A DNA stretch of 63,598 bases, filler included, from Octopus bimaculoides (lineage: Eukaryota), in the NCBI RefSeq assembly GCF_001194135.2. It is 3 parts of 2 records of this genome, joined end to end, with 100 filler letters (N's around TTAATTAATTAA, not from the genome) between each part and the next. Parts side by side here need not be neighbours in the genome. Positions count along the whole stretch, not along the records: positions 34,777 to 63,598 come from NC_068986.1; 2 more parts are not named here. One strand, given 5' to 3'. Below, one piece after another: positions 35,219 through 49,094 of the stretch (its first letter is position 1; every line of letters begins with the position of its first letter). Position numbers and translations under genes: made by a program. The notes under the pieces were generated by a model, which was given only the letters and a program-made list of their open reading frames with translations, did not search any database and was not told where the DNA came from.

Positions 35219-35710
35219 CACTGGTGCCAAGATAAATGGTATATATATGTCTTTCCATGTGTGCGTGCGCGTTAGTGATTCTGAATTAGTTTGTGCGCGC
35301 ATGCGCGCGGCAATGTTTATAGCGCTTAAACGTAGGTGTGTTTGGATACAGAATACTCATTTAGTTATAACAGAAACGTACATAAGGTGTTGTGTTATAT
35401 GCAGAGATTTATTTACATCACTAGTGGGAGATAATGGCCACCATTACCAACGCGAGGTCGACTAGGTCACGTGATTTGCGCAGATATGTATGCATATCCA
35501 TACACATATATGTGCGTATTTGATTGTGCGCGTGCGTTTGTCTGTGTGTATGCATGTATATGTGTATGCATTTATATGTATGTCTACATTTATGTGTATA
35601 TTACTATATCATTTATTTATATACATGCATATATAGCAGTCGAAATTTTATCAGTGCGTGTGTAAAATTATAAGGCACCAAAAGAGAATGACTCTCCCCA
35701 GACACAACAG

Positions 35711-35796
<86 letters not shown>

Positions 35797-38710
35797 TGTG
35801 TGCGTGTATGTGTGTGTGTGTGTGTGTGTAGGAATATATTCATACACACATAGATACACACGCATATACATGTGCTCGTGTATGCTGAGTAATGTAGAAT
35901 GTTTCTAAGTGTAACTGAATTAAATAATGTGGCAGGCTGTACATCACATATATCATATAATACCATGGAACATTTTCAGCCTCTAACGTCACGAGACATC
36001 GACAATATTTCGGTGTCTATTGAATTTGTCAGACGCTGTTGTACTAAAAACTTTTTTATCATTTCGCCTCTCAATACACACAAGATATTGACAACAAGAT
36101 TCTTTGAAATATAAATACATCATGAACGTAGGAATATATGTAGCAGTGACTTTACATATATCAAATGATCAGAAAATCTGTCACAGAAAGATAATGAAGT
36201 ATATATTCAGAGTGATCTGTAGTGCCGGAATATAATAGGTCAGGAAGCTTAAATATATGGCATGAACTGTATAGTATACTAGCTCAATTCAACTTTCGAT
36301 GCACAATACTAATTCATTTGTGTAAGATATTTTGTCAGTGAAAATGGACATAGTTACCATATGTGTGTGTCTGTATGTCTTTGTACGTGTATCTTCTGCC
36401 AAGTGCGCATTTATTGCATTTATATATATATATATATATNNNNNNNNNNNNNNNNNNNNNNNNNNNNNNNNNNNNNNNNNNNNNNNNNNNNNNNNNNNNN
36501 NNNNNNNNNNNNNNNNNNNNNNNNNNNNNNNNNNNNNNNNNNNNNNNNNNNNNNNNNNNNNNNNNNNNNNNNNNNNNNNNNNNNNNNNNNNNNNNNNNNN
36601 NNNNNNNNNNNNNNNNNNNNNNNNNNNNNNNNNNNNNNNNNNNNNNNNNNNNNNNNNNNNNNNNNNNNNNNNNNNNNNNNNNNNNNNNNNNNNNNNNNNN
36701 NNNNNNNNNNNNNNNNNNNNNNNNNNNNNNNNNNNNNNNNNNNNNNNNNNNNNNNNNNNNNNNNNNNNNNNNNNNNNNNNNNNNNNNNNNNNNNNNNNNN
36801 NNNNNNNNNNNNNNNNNNNNNNNNATATATATATGTATATATATATATATGCCTGTGCGTGTATGTGTTTGTTTTATCCACTAGAGGTGTTTGATATTAT
36901 TGGTTCTGGCATATGTATCATACGTTTATAACTATCTATCGCTTTTAATTTTTTAAGATAATCCTTTGTTGTTTTGCTGAAAGTACCAAGCGTATCGAAA
37001 ACTATTATCACACATATTTCTCTCACTCAGTACCTCTGTCTGTCCCTCTCTCCCCCCTCTCTCTCTCTCTCTCTCTTCCTGTACGATATACTACAATCAC
37101 CTTTAACATTTTGGCTTCTACTCGAAAAATACCGCAGTTTGGCCTTTAACATATATATTCCTTCGCAAGGGAAACGAATGAATATACTTGATTAATTACA
37201 TAGATCAGTAAATGTAATAGTACTTATAGAGACTGTACTTATATGTAGACGTATAGGAGGTCAAACGTGTTTTCAAGGACGGTATTCATACGAGATTTGA
37301 ACAAAGTAAATACTTCATTATTAGCAGATAGTATGTTTGCGTTTTAGGTGCCTATGTCGCGTGAGGGTAAATCCCTATGATGCAATGCTTTCCACAAATA
37401 AATATGCTACTGCTTTATATTTCCAATATTGCTTTAAGCGTTTTCAGTATATTTCGCCCAATCAAGTTATATGATCTTTTAAAATTCTAGCTTGAGATAC
37501 GCCTTGATCGGAAAGATGTGCTATGTGTAATCATTGCTATATATTCAAGATTGCCGGTAACGTAGGCAATCATGTCTCCAGGAATATTTAGGCCTATGCC
37601 CTTGAATGTAGCCTTATCTATATTCAGCTGGTACAGTGTCGCTTCATGATCTTTTTTTCTTTTTTTTTTTATAATTCTAGTATTTCTAAAAACCCTGTAG
37701 AAATTCTCGTATTGCTTGCTGTACTTAAATGGGATCAATACTTTTGTGGACCAACAATATTTGTAGTAATAATTGAAAATGGTTTTAGAATGATGTTGAA
37801 TCAGGGCATGTTAATTTTTAACAGAGCCTTGTCATTATATATTGAATTTATATTTGTGTTCTGATGTGCAATGATAGCTCTTGCATAGTGCGCAATGGAA
37901 TTTTAGTTTGTAGAAATACCACGTATAATTTGTCCAAACGAATCTTATGCCTACATGGCGAGGACGTCATGATATAAAAGTTTCAGTGGCATCAATAGTA
38001 GATATCTATATATATATATACATATTAACAACAAAGGAAGCTTCTACCAGGATGCTGGAGATACATGAGGTATCAGACTGATCAACTTCGTAAGGTACAT
38101 TGCATAGATAAACTATTTAGGTCAAATAATTCTTCGTGTGAAAACTGTACGAATGGAGTTTCGGGCGTGTTGCTAAAGAACAATCAGAGAATCTAGTGTA
38201 TGAGACATAAACGTCTTACACATTTCAACGTATTTTAGTTACAATTTTATGGTAAAATATTCCAACATACGGAATGGCAATTCGTATTATATTAGGCAGT
38301 ACATTCATTCTCACCTTGAGTATTGTAATTGTTTTTGTAATTTTATTGCGTTTATTATATCTCATAGCCTTGACCATAGAATGAATACTTCTAGATCTTC
38401 TTCTTCTACATTATGTTAATGGAAAACTGAACTTTGAATCTAGACGGATAAATTCATGTTTCATGATTCTCTTGAGTTTTCTACATAAATGATTAATTGT
38501 CATAAGGTGTTTAATTATTATTCATATAATTTTACTCACTAATTTAATACGAATTACATTTCTTCTTATATCATTTGCCAATTAGCCTTTCAATAGTTGC
38601 TGACACCAATTAAAGAAGTAAAAATGAAATAAAATCTTCAGATATTTAATCACAATATATATTATGAGAATGCATTTCTATCAATAGTGTCTGGTTTTCT
38701 TAGTGTGTAA

Positions 38711-38758
<48 letters not shown>

Positions 38759-39959
38759 NNNNNNNNNNNNNNNNNNNNNNNNNNNNNNNNNNNNNNNNNN
38801 NNNNNNNNNNNNNNNNNNNNNNNNNNNNNNNNNNNNNNNNNNNNNNNNNNNNNNNNNNNNNNNNNNNNNNNNNNNNNNNNNNNNNNNNNNNNNNNNNNNN
38901 NNNNNNNNNNNNNNNNNNNNNNNNNNNNNNNNNNNNNNNNNNNNNNNNNNNNNTATATATATATATATATAGACATGATATATTTGTGTGTGTGTATACA
39001 TAGACACTTATATTCCCTGTAAATAAATAATATATATATATATATTATGCGCATGTGTGATACATATATGTAGGTTTGCATCTTTCACCTACATAGGTAA
39101 ACTAGGGCGTGATCGTTTGCTAATGCGGGTACAGTGTATACCGCTGAATAGCACATAGGCAGAGCCACAGTCTTGTGGATGATCGTTTTTTTTTTCGCTG
39201 TTGCTTACGAACAGAGTGTTGCAAAGTGTAAATCAGATGTATAGTATTGTGAACTGAGAAGTTTCTGGCGATAGCGACTATCGCTACAATTACTTGATAA
39301 TAACATATTATTGCAGAATTTCAGAATTAATCAGAATTGCTAAAACCGTTACTTGTTTCGTCTTATCTTCCTCTGGTATGATGAGTTACAGTGTTTACGT
39401 TAATTATGATTATCAACAGAGCTGAGGGAAATTACATTAAGGAGCGTTCTCCGTAATAAAGTAAAATACACTGGAGTCCCATACGTATAAATATTTGTCA
39501 ATTAGTCAGTTGAAAGACTTCGATCGAGTGACATCAATGACATATTAATTGGACAACATCTCCCTGAATGAGTGTTTAATACATATACATTTCCCTTTGA
39601 ATCTATCATTATAGATGGATTAAAGTACGTACCTACAGGTTTAAATAACGACCTAGAAATTGTTGTTTTCTCGAAGAAAGGGCAAACAAAATACAAACAA
39701 TGACGCTATAATCGACAGAGTGATATGTATAGCATCCCAAATGTTCACCATCTGTAGTTCTTTAGATGAATAAATACACACATTAGATTGTGGGCATTGG
39801 CAGTTAAAACCAAATTATAAATCAGGTACATATATAGAAATGCTAGGAAGACATGTGCCTTAAAATGTCTAGTCATTTTGCTGGCAACCGGCCTGAACTC
39901 TTATGAAGCACTTAGGAAAAACTACAAAAGAAAAAAAAAGGAGAGGTGCGTGTGTAAAC

Positions 39960-40380
39960 TTACATACTTAAATACATACATACAAACACAAACATGCATA
40001 CATACAGACATACATGCATGCAAGCATACATACAAACATACATACGTACATACATACAAACATGCATACATACAAACATGCATACAAACATACATATATA
40101 CAAACATACATGCATACATACAAACATAAACACATACACACATACATACAAATATACATACAAACAATCATACAAACATACACACATACATACACACATA
40201 CATGCATACATACATATAAACTTACATGCATACAAATAGGCATACATACTAACATACATATTAACATTCAGACATACATACATGCACACAAATATACATA
40301 CATACGAACATATACGCATACGTACAAACATACATACATACATACATACATACATACATACATACATGCATATATACATG
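39960..40380. repeat. Degenerate (CATA)n array
   Basis: Direct reading. Confidence 0.9.
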
Positions 40381-40819
40381 CTCTTCCTAAATACCATTCT
40401 TGAGAAATTAGGCTTCTCGAAACCTGGAAGGAGAACGCTAATTCGAAAACTACTTATTTAAATTTTCCTAACTCATATCTGCCGTAGCTCGAGATTACCG
40501 GTTTTTTTCACTTAAACGCTCTGCATGGCATTTGAATTCAAAATTTGATTGTGTAGATAGAGGTGAAATCATTTCTTTTGAAATCATTTCTCGGGATTCA
40601 TGCTAGCCCCAATTTAAGTTTGTTTTGATTTTTACCTATAGGAATATTTCCCCTGACGAGACTAATGAGATCCTTAGTTGGTCCTTGCACAAGATCTAAA
40701 ATCCCTATTTCCCCTTACAGTTTGGAGTCAACATAAATTCAATAAATACCATCACCTCCTTTATGCATGTTGACTGGTCATCTCATTCATTGATATTAAA
40801 ACTTCTTAATCCACTTAGA

Positions 40820-40866
<47 letters not shown>

Positions 40867-41389
40867 AGAGGGGAAGAGAAACAGTAATAGACAGAGACGA
40901 ATGCACACAGCTACATATAAAGCTACAAAAGCACAGAGGTGCACATATATTCATATTAGTACATTTATAAATATAAATCCACACAAATATGCATTCGATC
41001 GTGTGTAATATAAGGGTATGTACATTTTTATTTATTTATTCTTCTTCGCTCGTATAATGTGCGCTTGCAAGAATGATTAGGATTTACTTAACATCCATTA
41101 GTAGCTAGGAATACATCTAATCGGCTAGCAGCAGGTTTTTTAAGTAATATTTCTTGTTGCTATTGAAAAATCTGATTTTCGTTCCAATGAATGTAATTAC
41201 AATTTTTTTTTTTTCTTTTTTTTGCTTTACAAATTACAGTGTTGAAATAAATATGTCGTTTTCATGTTTCAGTGTCTACAGTGATATTTGCTATTGAGAG
41301 TTGCAATATGGGCATTCAAGATATGTGAAGTTGGAATGTGTGTCTCAGAGTTCACCTCAGTATATACATTATAGTGCTGAAATTCACTC

Positions 41390-41680
41390 ACTCTCCGTCA
41401 ATTACGACGACGAGGGTCACAGCTGATACGATCAACGGAAGAGCTTGCTCATGAAATTAACGTGCAAGTGACTGAGCAATCCACAGACACCTCTACCCCT
41501 AACGTAGTTCTCAGGGAGATTCAGCGTGACACAGGTACTACTCATTTTTGCCAGCTGAGTGGACTGGAGCAACGTGAAATAAAGTGTCTTGCTCAAGGAC
41601 ACAACGCGTCACCGGGAATTGAAATTACGACCTTACGATCATGCGCCTTATGCCCTAACCACTAAGCCACGCGCCTTCAC
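41390..41680 (-). mobile_element. SINE family C copy (uninterrupted at the site where the 422-871 MITE inserted in another copy)
   Basis: caggtactactcatttttgccagctgagtggactggagcaacgtgaaataaagtgtcttgctcaaggacac. Confidence 0.85.
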
Positions 41681-43184
41681 TGTTCAAATTCTACCTTATG
41701 CTAGAAATCATGAAATTATTTCGAATCAGAACCGATAATATCCGCGAGAATTTTGCGAAACACCACTCACAACTTATCATAAATAAACAACAAATCAAAA
41801 TAGAAAACAAAACGTATAGAAAATACATATTTATAGTAGACCGAACGTTGCAAACTTATCTAAAGGAAGCAGAATTTCTCGAAAATTTATGACCATCTGC
41901 ATTCAAATTTGTATTAGATATTTACGTCATGATCACTAATTACATGGTAAGGGTAACAACGTTTCTACATTTTCAAATTGTTGTCTTTCATCTAATATGG
42001 AATAATTGATACTAATCACTATATTACTAATAAAATGGCTTTAATCCCTAATGATTTTTCTCCAACACTATATTTTATTCCAACAAGATGTGTTTGTTTA
42101 TTATTGCTTTCTAAAGCATTTGGGTTTTTTTTTGTTTTACTTCTTTATGGTCATTACGTTTATATTCTTTATATTTCTAGTAATATTCATCGATTTAATA
42201 ATTCATTCTGTTACAATAGTTATTGAACGGTTATTGGCGAATGTACTGCGTTTAACATTTTACAGTGAAATGAGGAAAATTGTATGTTATTAAATCTAAA
42301 TATAGAGTTGTTTGTCTGGGGATAATGAAAGCCCATATTCATTATCATAAATCTTGATGTTCGTTTCCTCTATCCTAGGAAACTCTATAATAAACCACTT
42401 AATCATAGGCACCTTTGGTTTTCCTTCAGGAAAAAAGATTTCAACGCCATTAATAGTAGATTTAATAGAGATTAAATTTCCAATCGAAAATTTATGTCAT
42501 GAATATATAACAGTATAATATATGAGAAAGCAATTTCATTTTTGTAAGTCAGATAATTTCTTTACACAAATATTTTGAATGCATATACATACACGTGTGT
42601 GTGTGTATGTGTATGTGTGTGTATACGCGTGGGAGCGTACCCGAGCATATATGTATTTGTGCATGGACGTATCATTGTGTTTGTGTAGAACAGTATAATT
42701 TGGATATCTCAGAGAAATATATTGGACGTTAATGATGCATTTTTAATAATATTTCTGTCGTTATAAGCATCATCAACGTTATTGTAGAGTAGAAATACGT
42801 ATTTAAGGCTGAACGTTAGGTCCTGCGAATGATATAAGCAAATAAAACCTTCGACATTTTCCATTCAATGAGGGAATGTTCACGCACCATTATGATTGCT
42901 ATTATTTATAGATTTATCCGTTGCACGTTCCAGTGTTGTAAATGACTAATTTCACGTATATCCATCATTCTAAATCCTCATGACCTAAATGATATAAATA
43001 TATCTGGGTTTATTTTTCGCTTGATTTTTCATTACCAGCTTCCTGATTTTCAAATAGAACCATCTATATACCCAGAGTCTGGCGATTATTCGAAATACGG
43101 GGCACATTATAAAACTCTCCCTAACTATATGTCTCAACGGCAAGAAAATATTAGTGACCCTCATATTAATTCAGTGTACAGGCG

Positions 43185-43335
43185 CAGGAGTGGTTGTGTG
43201 GTAAGTAGCTTGCTTATTAATCACATGCTTCCGGATTCAGTCCCATTGCGTGACAACTTGGGCAAGTGTCTTTTGCTAAAGTCTCAGGCTGGCCAAAGCC
43301 TTGTAAGTGGAAACTGAAAGAAACCCGTCCTATAT
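43185..43335 (+). mobile_element. SINE family B 5' half
   Basis: caggagtggttgtgtggtaagtagcttgc...gaaactgaaagaaacccgtc, stopping at the internal TA tract. Confidence 0.82.
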
Positions 43336-43340
43336 ATACA

Positions 43341-44554
43341 CAGACATGCAGAAAGTAAATAGAGACGCCTTTAGTTTTAAAAATCTTTTATTTAATACGT
43401 AAAGCGAACAATTGAAATGTACTCGATAGGTAGGACCACATACTTTAGTATTTAGCTGACATTCCTTTCGCAGTTTTTTATTCAGAAACTCATTTTGGCA
43501 ATGAACTGATGAGTTTTGTGATTGTCTCTTGTGGAATTTTTGCCCACATGTCACGAAACAATCGAAACAATTCATGATTAGATTTAGGTTTCTGTCGAGG
43601 TTTTCGTGTAGCTCTATCTAGTGTGTTCAAAATATTTTCAATTTGGTTCATGTCAGGAGATTGGCTCGGCCAAGTAATCTTTTTGATCCCATTTTCAGTC
43701 AACCATTTTTGATTCCTTTTCGCTGTGTGAATTAAAACTCATTTTTCGTTAGGTTATCGTGTGAATATATCGGGAGTAGACCTTGCTTAAGTATTTCGAT
43801 GTATTTTTCAGAGTTGCTGGTGACAGCTCTTCATACCATTACAAAGATACCGACATGTTTCACAGCTGGTTGGAGTAGTTTCAAATCAAATTCTTGATTG
43901 GGAAGCCTCCAGACCCAAACACGTCGACTGTCTGAAAATAATGCAAATCTGCATTCATCTGAGAAAATCACTCTATCCCAAAATGAACTGGATTTTTCTG
44001 ATATCTCCTTAGCACATTTCTTTCTTTTCATCATAATAATTTGTTGAAGGAGAGGTTTTCCTCTAGCTGTTCGTCCATAATACTCAAGCTTATGCAGATA
44101 TATAAACACACGTTCTTGGACTAGCTTGTAGCTGTTTTGCAATGTCGGAAGCTTTCGAACGGGGTTTGTTTTCCACAATTCTCTTCAAACAGCAAAGCTT
44201 CCTTTCCGAGGGCCCAGGTCAGCCGGGATGAAAATTTGTTGATTCTTTTCCCTGTTTTTTCATTTGCTCTATAATTCTATTAACAGTAGCAACAGGAATT
44301 TGAAGATGTTCTGCAATTTTTCGCTTGCTAAGACCAGCCTGAGATTGCCCAACAATACGATCACTTTGAAAATATGACAGTTCTGCTGAATTTTTGTGCG
44401 TGGCATGGTTACTCTTCGCAAATGTTTAATATAATGGCACCTGGAATGAAAAAGAATAATTACATTGTAAATTTTCCACCGATGAAAACATATTATGACA
44501 CTTGGAGCAGAATTTTTTAAACTTAAATGTGTCTATTTAGATCCTGCATGCCTG
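43341..44554 (-). mobile_element. Tc1-family DNA transposon, 1214 bp, defective
   Basis: Imperfect TIRs CAGACATGCAGAAAGTAAATAGA / reverse complement CAGGCATGCAGGATCTAAATAGA. TA at the right flank and (TA)nCA at the left. Confidence 0.88.
43445..44406 (-). pseudogene. Tc1 transposase pseudogene
   Basis: N-terminal HTH (AELSYFQSDRIVG...LSKRKIAEHLQIPVATVNRII), then YGRTARGKPLL, WDRVIFSDECRF, QPAVKH and WPSQSPDMNQIEN. Stops, frameshifts and two deletions, one removing the second catalytic Asp (QD.AP region). Confidence 0.9.
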
Positions 44555-44686
44555 TATACACAAACACACACGCGCGCGCACGCACACACACACACACGCA
44601 CACACACACACACATACACACACACACACACACACACANNNNNNNNNNNNNNNNNNNNNNNNNNNNNNNNNNNNNNNNNNNNNNNN

Positions 44687-44731
<45 letters not shown>

Positions 44732-44886
44732 AGGCAATAATTAAAACATTAAATTAATAATGTGCATAAGTATTAATTGCCTATAATATTTTATAGCATA
44801 CTGACTACTTCACAGAAATATTAGACGTGATTTCCTCCTTATATAATATTTTATATATAAATAAATATATATATATATATATACAT

Positions 44887-44925
<39 letters not shown>

Positions 44926-44959
44926 CATACATATATATATATTTATATTTATATGTATG

Positions 44960-45180
44960 TGTGTGTATGTTTCTGTGTCCGTGTTTGCCACCACCACCCT
45001 CCCAACATCGCTTGACAACCGATGCTGGTGTGTTCACGTCCTCATAACCTAGCATTTCGGCAAAAATGCATGATAGGATAAGTACTAGGCTTACAAAGAA
45101 TAAATTGTTGGGTCTATTGGCTCCACTAAAAGCAGTGCTCCGGCACGGCCGCAGTCAAATGACTGCAACAAGTAAAACAA
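44960..45180 (+). mobile_element. SINE family B 3' half
   Basis: catcgcttgacaaccgatgctggtgtg...taagtactaggcttacaaag...cagtcaaatgactgcaacaagtaaaac. Confidence 0.82.
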
Positions 45181-45423
45181 AATATATAGGTGTATGTGTG
45201 TGTATATATCCTTATATATATATATATNNNNNNNNNNNNNNNNNNNNNNNNNNNNNNNNNNNNNNNNNNNNNNNNNNNNNNNNNNNNNNNNNNNNNNNNN
45301 NNNNNNNNNNNNNNNNNNNNNNNNNNNNNNNNNNNNNNNNNNNNNNNNNNNNNNNNNNNNNNNNNNNNNNNNNNNNNNNNNNNNNNNNNNNNNNNNNNNN
45401 NNNNNNNNNNNNNNNNNNNNNNN

Positions 45424-45492
45424 AAGGGATCAGCAACAGGTTGCTTCTTCTGAACTTCGGTATGTGGTGAAGCAACCTGTTGCTGATCCCTT
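45424..45492. repeat. Perfect 24-bp inverted repeat with 21-nt loop, followed by TTAA
   Basis: aagggatcagcaacaggttgcttc / gaagcaacctgttgctgatccctt. The left flank is a gap. Confidence 0.92.
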
Positions 45493-47125
45493 AATTTTGT
45501 TTATAAATATATATAAATATACGTAGGTGTGTGCATGTGTGTGTTTGTAGGGTGCTGCCGGAATATATTTTGATCTTGTTTTCCAGTTTTACATACCACA
45601 CATGTTAGAGATCGTTTAGAGTTTGTACCAACGTGTGTAGTTGTACATTTTCTTTACCCTAAATCTAAACATTATCAACTCAGACAAGAGAAAACCTAAA
45701 CTCGTGAAAGCTTCCTCTTCTAATTTGTACACTTGTTACTTCGTAATATACTCCAATGAGCATTGCATCTAAAAAAGAATACAACGAACAATTTCTAGCG
45801 TTGTTTGATGATTTATCCGTCTAATCCATCCAATAATCAATGTTATTCTGAAATTTTACAAAACCCCTGTTAATCATTATTACGTCTTTTTTACCCTTCT
45901 ACTATTATGTTTATTAAACACAGTTATTTTGATATATATATATGAATACCTCTTCCCTAATTAAACCTATAGAAGTATCCACGTAATTCAGCGGTTTTAA
46001 TTGCTCAGTGATATGAGCTAACGTTCGTTTAAATTGGTTTTACTGGAGTTGAAACTTTCCCCCTATATTTAGCTAGTGGTAAGCGGTAGTTTCTACTGTG
46101 ATATGAACCCGTTTCGTTGTATTTCCATGATTCCATGGAGGCATGGAATACCTTTCGCTCTATACCTAATATTTTATCATTATCAATATTCTCCTCCTCC
46201 TCCTTCTTCTTCTTCCACTCCTCTCATTTCTTCTTTTGTTCTCCATCCTATTTTTTTACCTTTTCATCTCTATTTTAGTTTCTATGACCTTTATATTCTC
46301 AGCATATTTTTTTTTATTCTCAGGCTTCTTTCTCTTTTCTTCTCTATCTATTTCATTCTTCATCTTCATCTTCTTCTTCTTCTTCTTCTTCTTCTTCTTC
46401 TTCTTCTTCTTCTTCCTATTATATCATCCACGTCATTGTTTGAAGCATGCTTTTAACACCCAGTAAATGTACACACGGTGACAATACATACCTGACAGGC
46501 GCATTTTAGTGCTTATTCTTTGTGCATTATTTGTCACTATACTATATTATGTACGCAGCAATTGACAGATAGATATATATATGTGTTTCTGCGCAGTTTC
46601 ATTTACGTTCATGTGCATTTTGAGGTTCGTCTTCTAATATTGTGATATTTATTTTCCTTTTCGCATTTCCCAGCAAGGTGTAATAGACTTCCTGCATTTC
46701 AGTTATAACGACCATTAAAATACCGAGCAAAACTGCATTACAATACGGGTATAGATTCTTTATATTGCACACTGAGAAAATTCCTATTTATAGGCCACTT
46801 GTCTCCAAATCGATGTGTTATACAAATACATCAATTGTTCGCATTCATAGAAAATGTGAAAGCATAAATCTGTGTTTATACATCGTATTATTCGTGCATG
46901 AAGAGAATAATTAGAAGCTAGAGAAGAATTTTGGTTGAAGCAGACACACATATTACTGAGTCAACGGCGTTGCATTCAGTGATATATAAACACATATATA
47001 TTAATGTGATAATCTTTAGGTAACAACGACGTAGCTCATAGTATATATTTAGCTCCTTGATTCTCTCTCCTTAAATACACAAGCAAACACACATCTATGT
47101 GTATACATAAAACTGTATGTGTGTG

Positions 47126-47158
<33 letters not shown>

Positions 47159-48420
47159 NNNNNNNNNNNNNNNNNNNNNNNNNNNNNNNNNNNNNNNNNN
47201 NNNNNNNNNNNNNNNNNNNNNNNNNNNNNNNNNNNNNNNNNNNNNNNNNNNNNNNNNNNNNNNNNNNNNNNNNNNNNNNNNNNNNNNNNNNNNNNNNNNN
47301 NNNNNNNNNNNNNNNNNNNNNNATATAAATAAATAAAGACAAAAAGAGAGAGATAGGGAAAGGGATGTGAGAGACAGAGTGAGAGGGAGGGGTTACAGAT
47401 TTGCTCCAGGTGAAGTTGATAGCCCTTTCCAATCTTAATAAACAAGTATTCTAATATACACTATTAAGTGTAATGTAAATTTGTATTTTTATAAAACGAT
47501 ATGATATACATTAGTATTCATATGTGTATACATACATATTTACGCATGCACAGACGTGTATGTCAGGCTGTATGCATATACATGTGTATGTGACCGTATG
47601 TGTGTGTATGTGTGCCTCCGTGCGTTTCTGTATGTGTGTGCTCATCAGTGTGTGTGTGTGTGCTTGTGTAAAATCTTAGTGGATATGTTCGAGTGCACTC
47701 GGACGTGAGAAGACCTGTCGTCGTTGTGATAGAAAGAAAATTATTTTCTTAGATATGTGTGAAAACAGAAGATGAATAGCGAACGAGTCATTAAATAGAA
47801 TGAGGCATGTATTTCTTGTCGTCTCACTTCGTCAGCTACACCCCGCCTCCTAATCTGTCGTCTGTCATACACAACACGATAAACACGGTAACGTTCTTAT
47901 TAAAAACATGATAAGGATAGAATGCTGATGTTCGTAAAGATTGACGCGAGCTAGAATTAAATAATGTCCCATGAAGAAGCGGTCAATATAATTGCATTGT
48001 TTAAACTAATATTCAGCGTATACACTCTGATATGCGTAGACTTTCCATTGGTGAGATACCTTAGGAGAAACCTCTCATCTTAGACTTATAAGAAGACACA
48101 CAACGGTCGGAGATTGACGTAATTGGCTCAGAGAACCATTTCATTTCTGTATCGTTTCATTTCATCAGCTTTGAGCAACAATCCTACCATTCTATTCTCG
48201 ATAAGGAAATTATTCTAATAAATATTTGAATCTGTTATTTATTTTAACAGTGACATTGTGCCAATGTGCACTGAAATAAGAAACAGCCAATGCAGTTTCT
48301 CCAAATTATGTTTAACCACCCGAGAATTTGTGAGGTTGTAAGACCTAATCAAAACCTGCACTCAAATAAAATTGCATATAAGGTTATATGTATCAAAATG
48401 CGACGTCGTTCCTGATTCAG

Positions 48421-48508
48421 TACCACTGCATCACAGCTTCAGTGTATGTATTCTACTACAGCTATGACCCGCTGAAAGACTTCTATGTGGATTTAGTAGA
48501 TGGAAACT
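48421..48508 (+). CDS. Candidate orphan exon (YHCITASVYVFYYSYDPLKDFYVDLVDGN); alternative acceptor at 48462
   Basis: Open frame between cctgattcag| or ttctactacag| acceptors and a |gtaaga donor. 16 of 29 codons end in G/C, well above the flanking AT-rich background and similar to the EGF exons. No partner exon or protein family was recognised. Confidence 0.35.
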
Positions 48509-48549
48509 GTAAGAACCGGTTGTGTAAATACATACATACACACATACAT

Positions 48550-48584
<35 letters not shown>

Positions 48585-48762
48585 NNNNNNNNNNNNNNNN
48601 NNNNNNNNNNNNNNNNNNNNNNNNNNNNNNNNNNNNNNNNNNNNNNNNNNNNNNNNNNNNNNNNNNNNNNNNNNNNNNNNNNNNNNNNNNNNNNNNNNNN
48701 NNNNNNNNNNNNNNNNNNNNNNNNNNNNNNNNNNNNNNNNNNNNNNNNNNNNNNNNNNNNNN

Positions 48763-48803
<41 letters not shown>

Positions 48804-49094
48804 TATCACTGTGTGAGTCTGTGTCTTTATGTGTTCGCGACTTTATACCTTTACTTTTGCGTCACCACCTCTTATAAAAGTGGATAGTTTGTCTACGTCT
48901 CTGTTAGTATTTCGGCAAAGGTCAATTAATGGAATGAGCATCTAGCCTACTAAATAAGTCTTGTAATCAATTCGGTCGACTAACGAAGTTCAAGGCGGTC
49001 CCTCAACTTGGCCGAGTCTAAAGGCTGTAATAAATAAAATGTATATTGAGACATAAAAACAGTATATTGAGATATACATATGCATGCACATTAT

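Noticed and set aside
37540-37960. Possible very old PLE remnant (minus strand); similar weak signal at 6600-6900
   Set aside because: Only scattered residues match (WFN..PFS, CNCRN-like) with many stops, so it cannot be supported without an HMM search.
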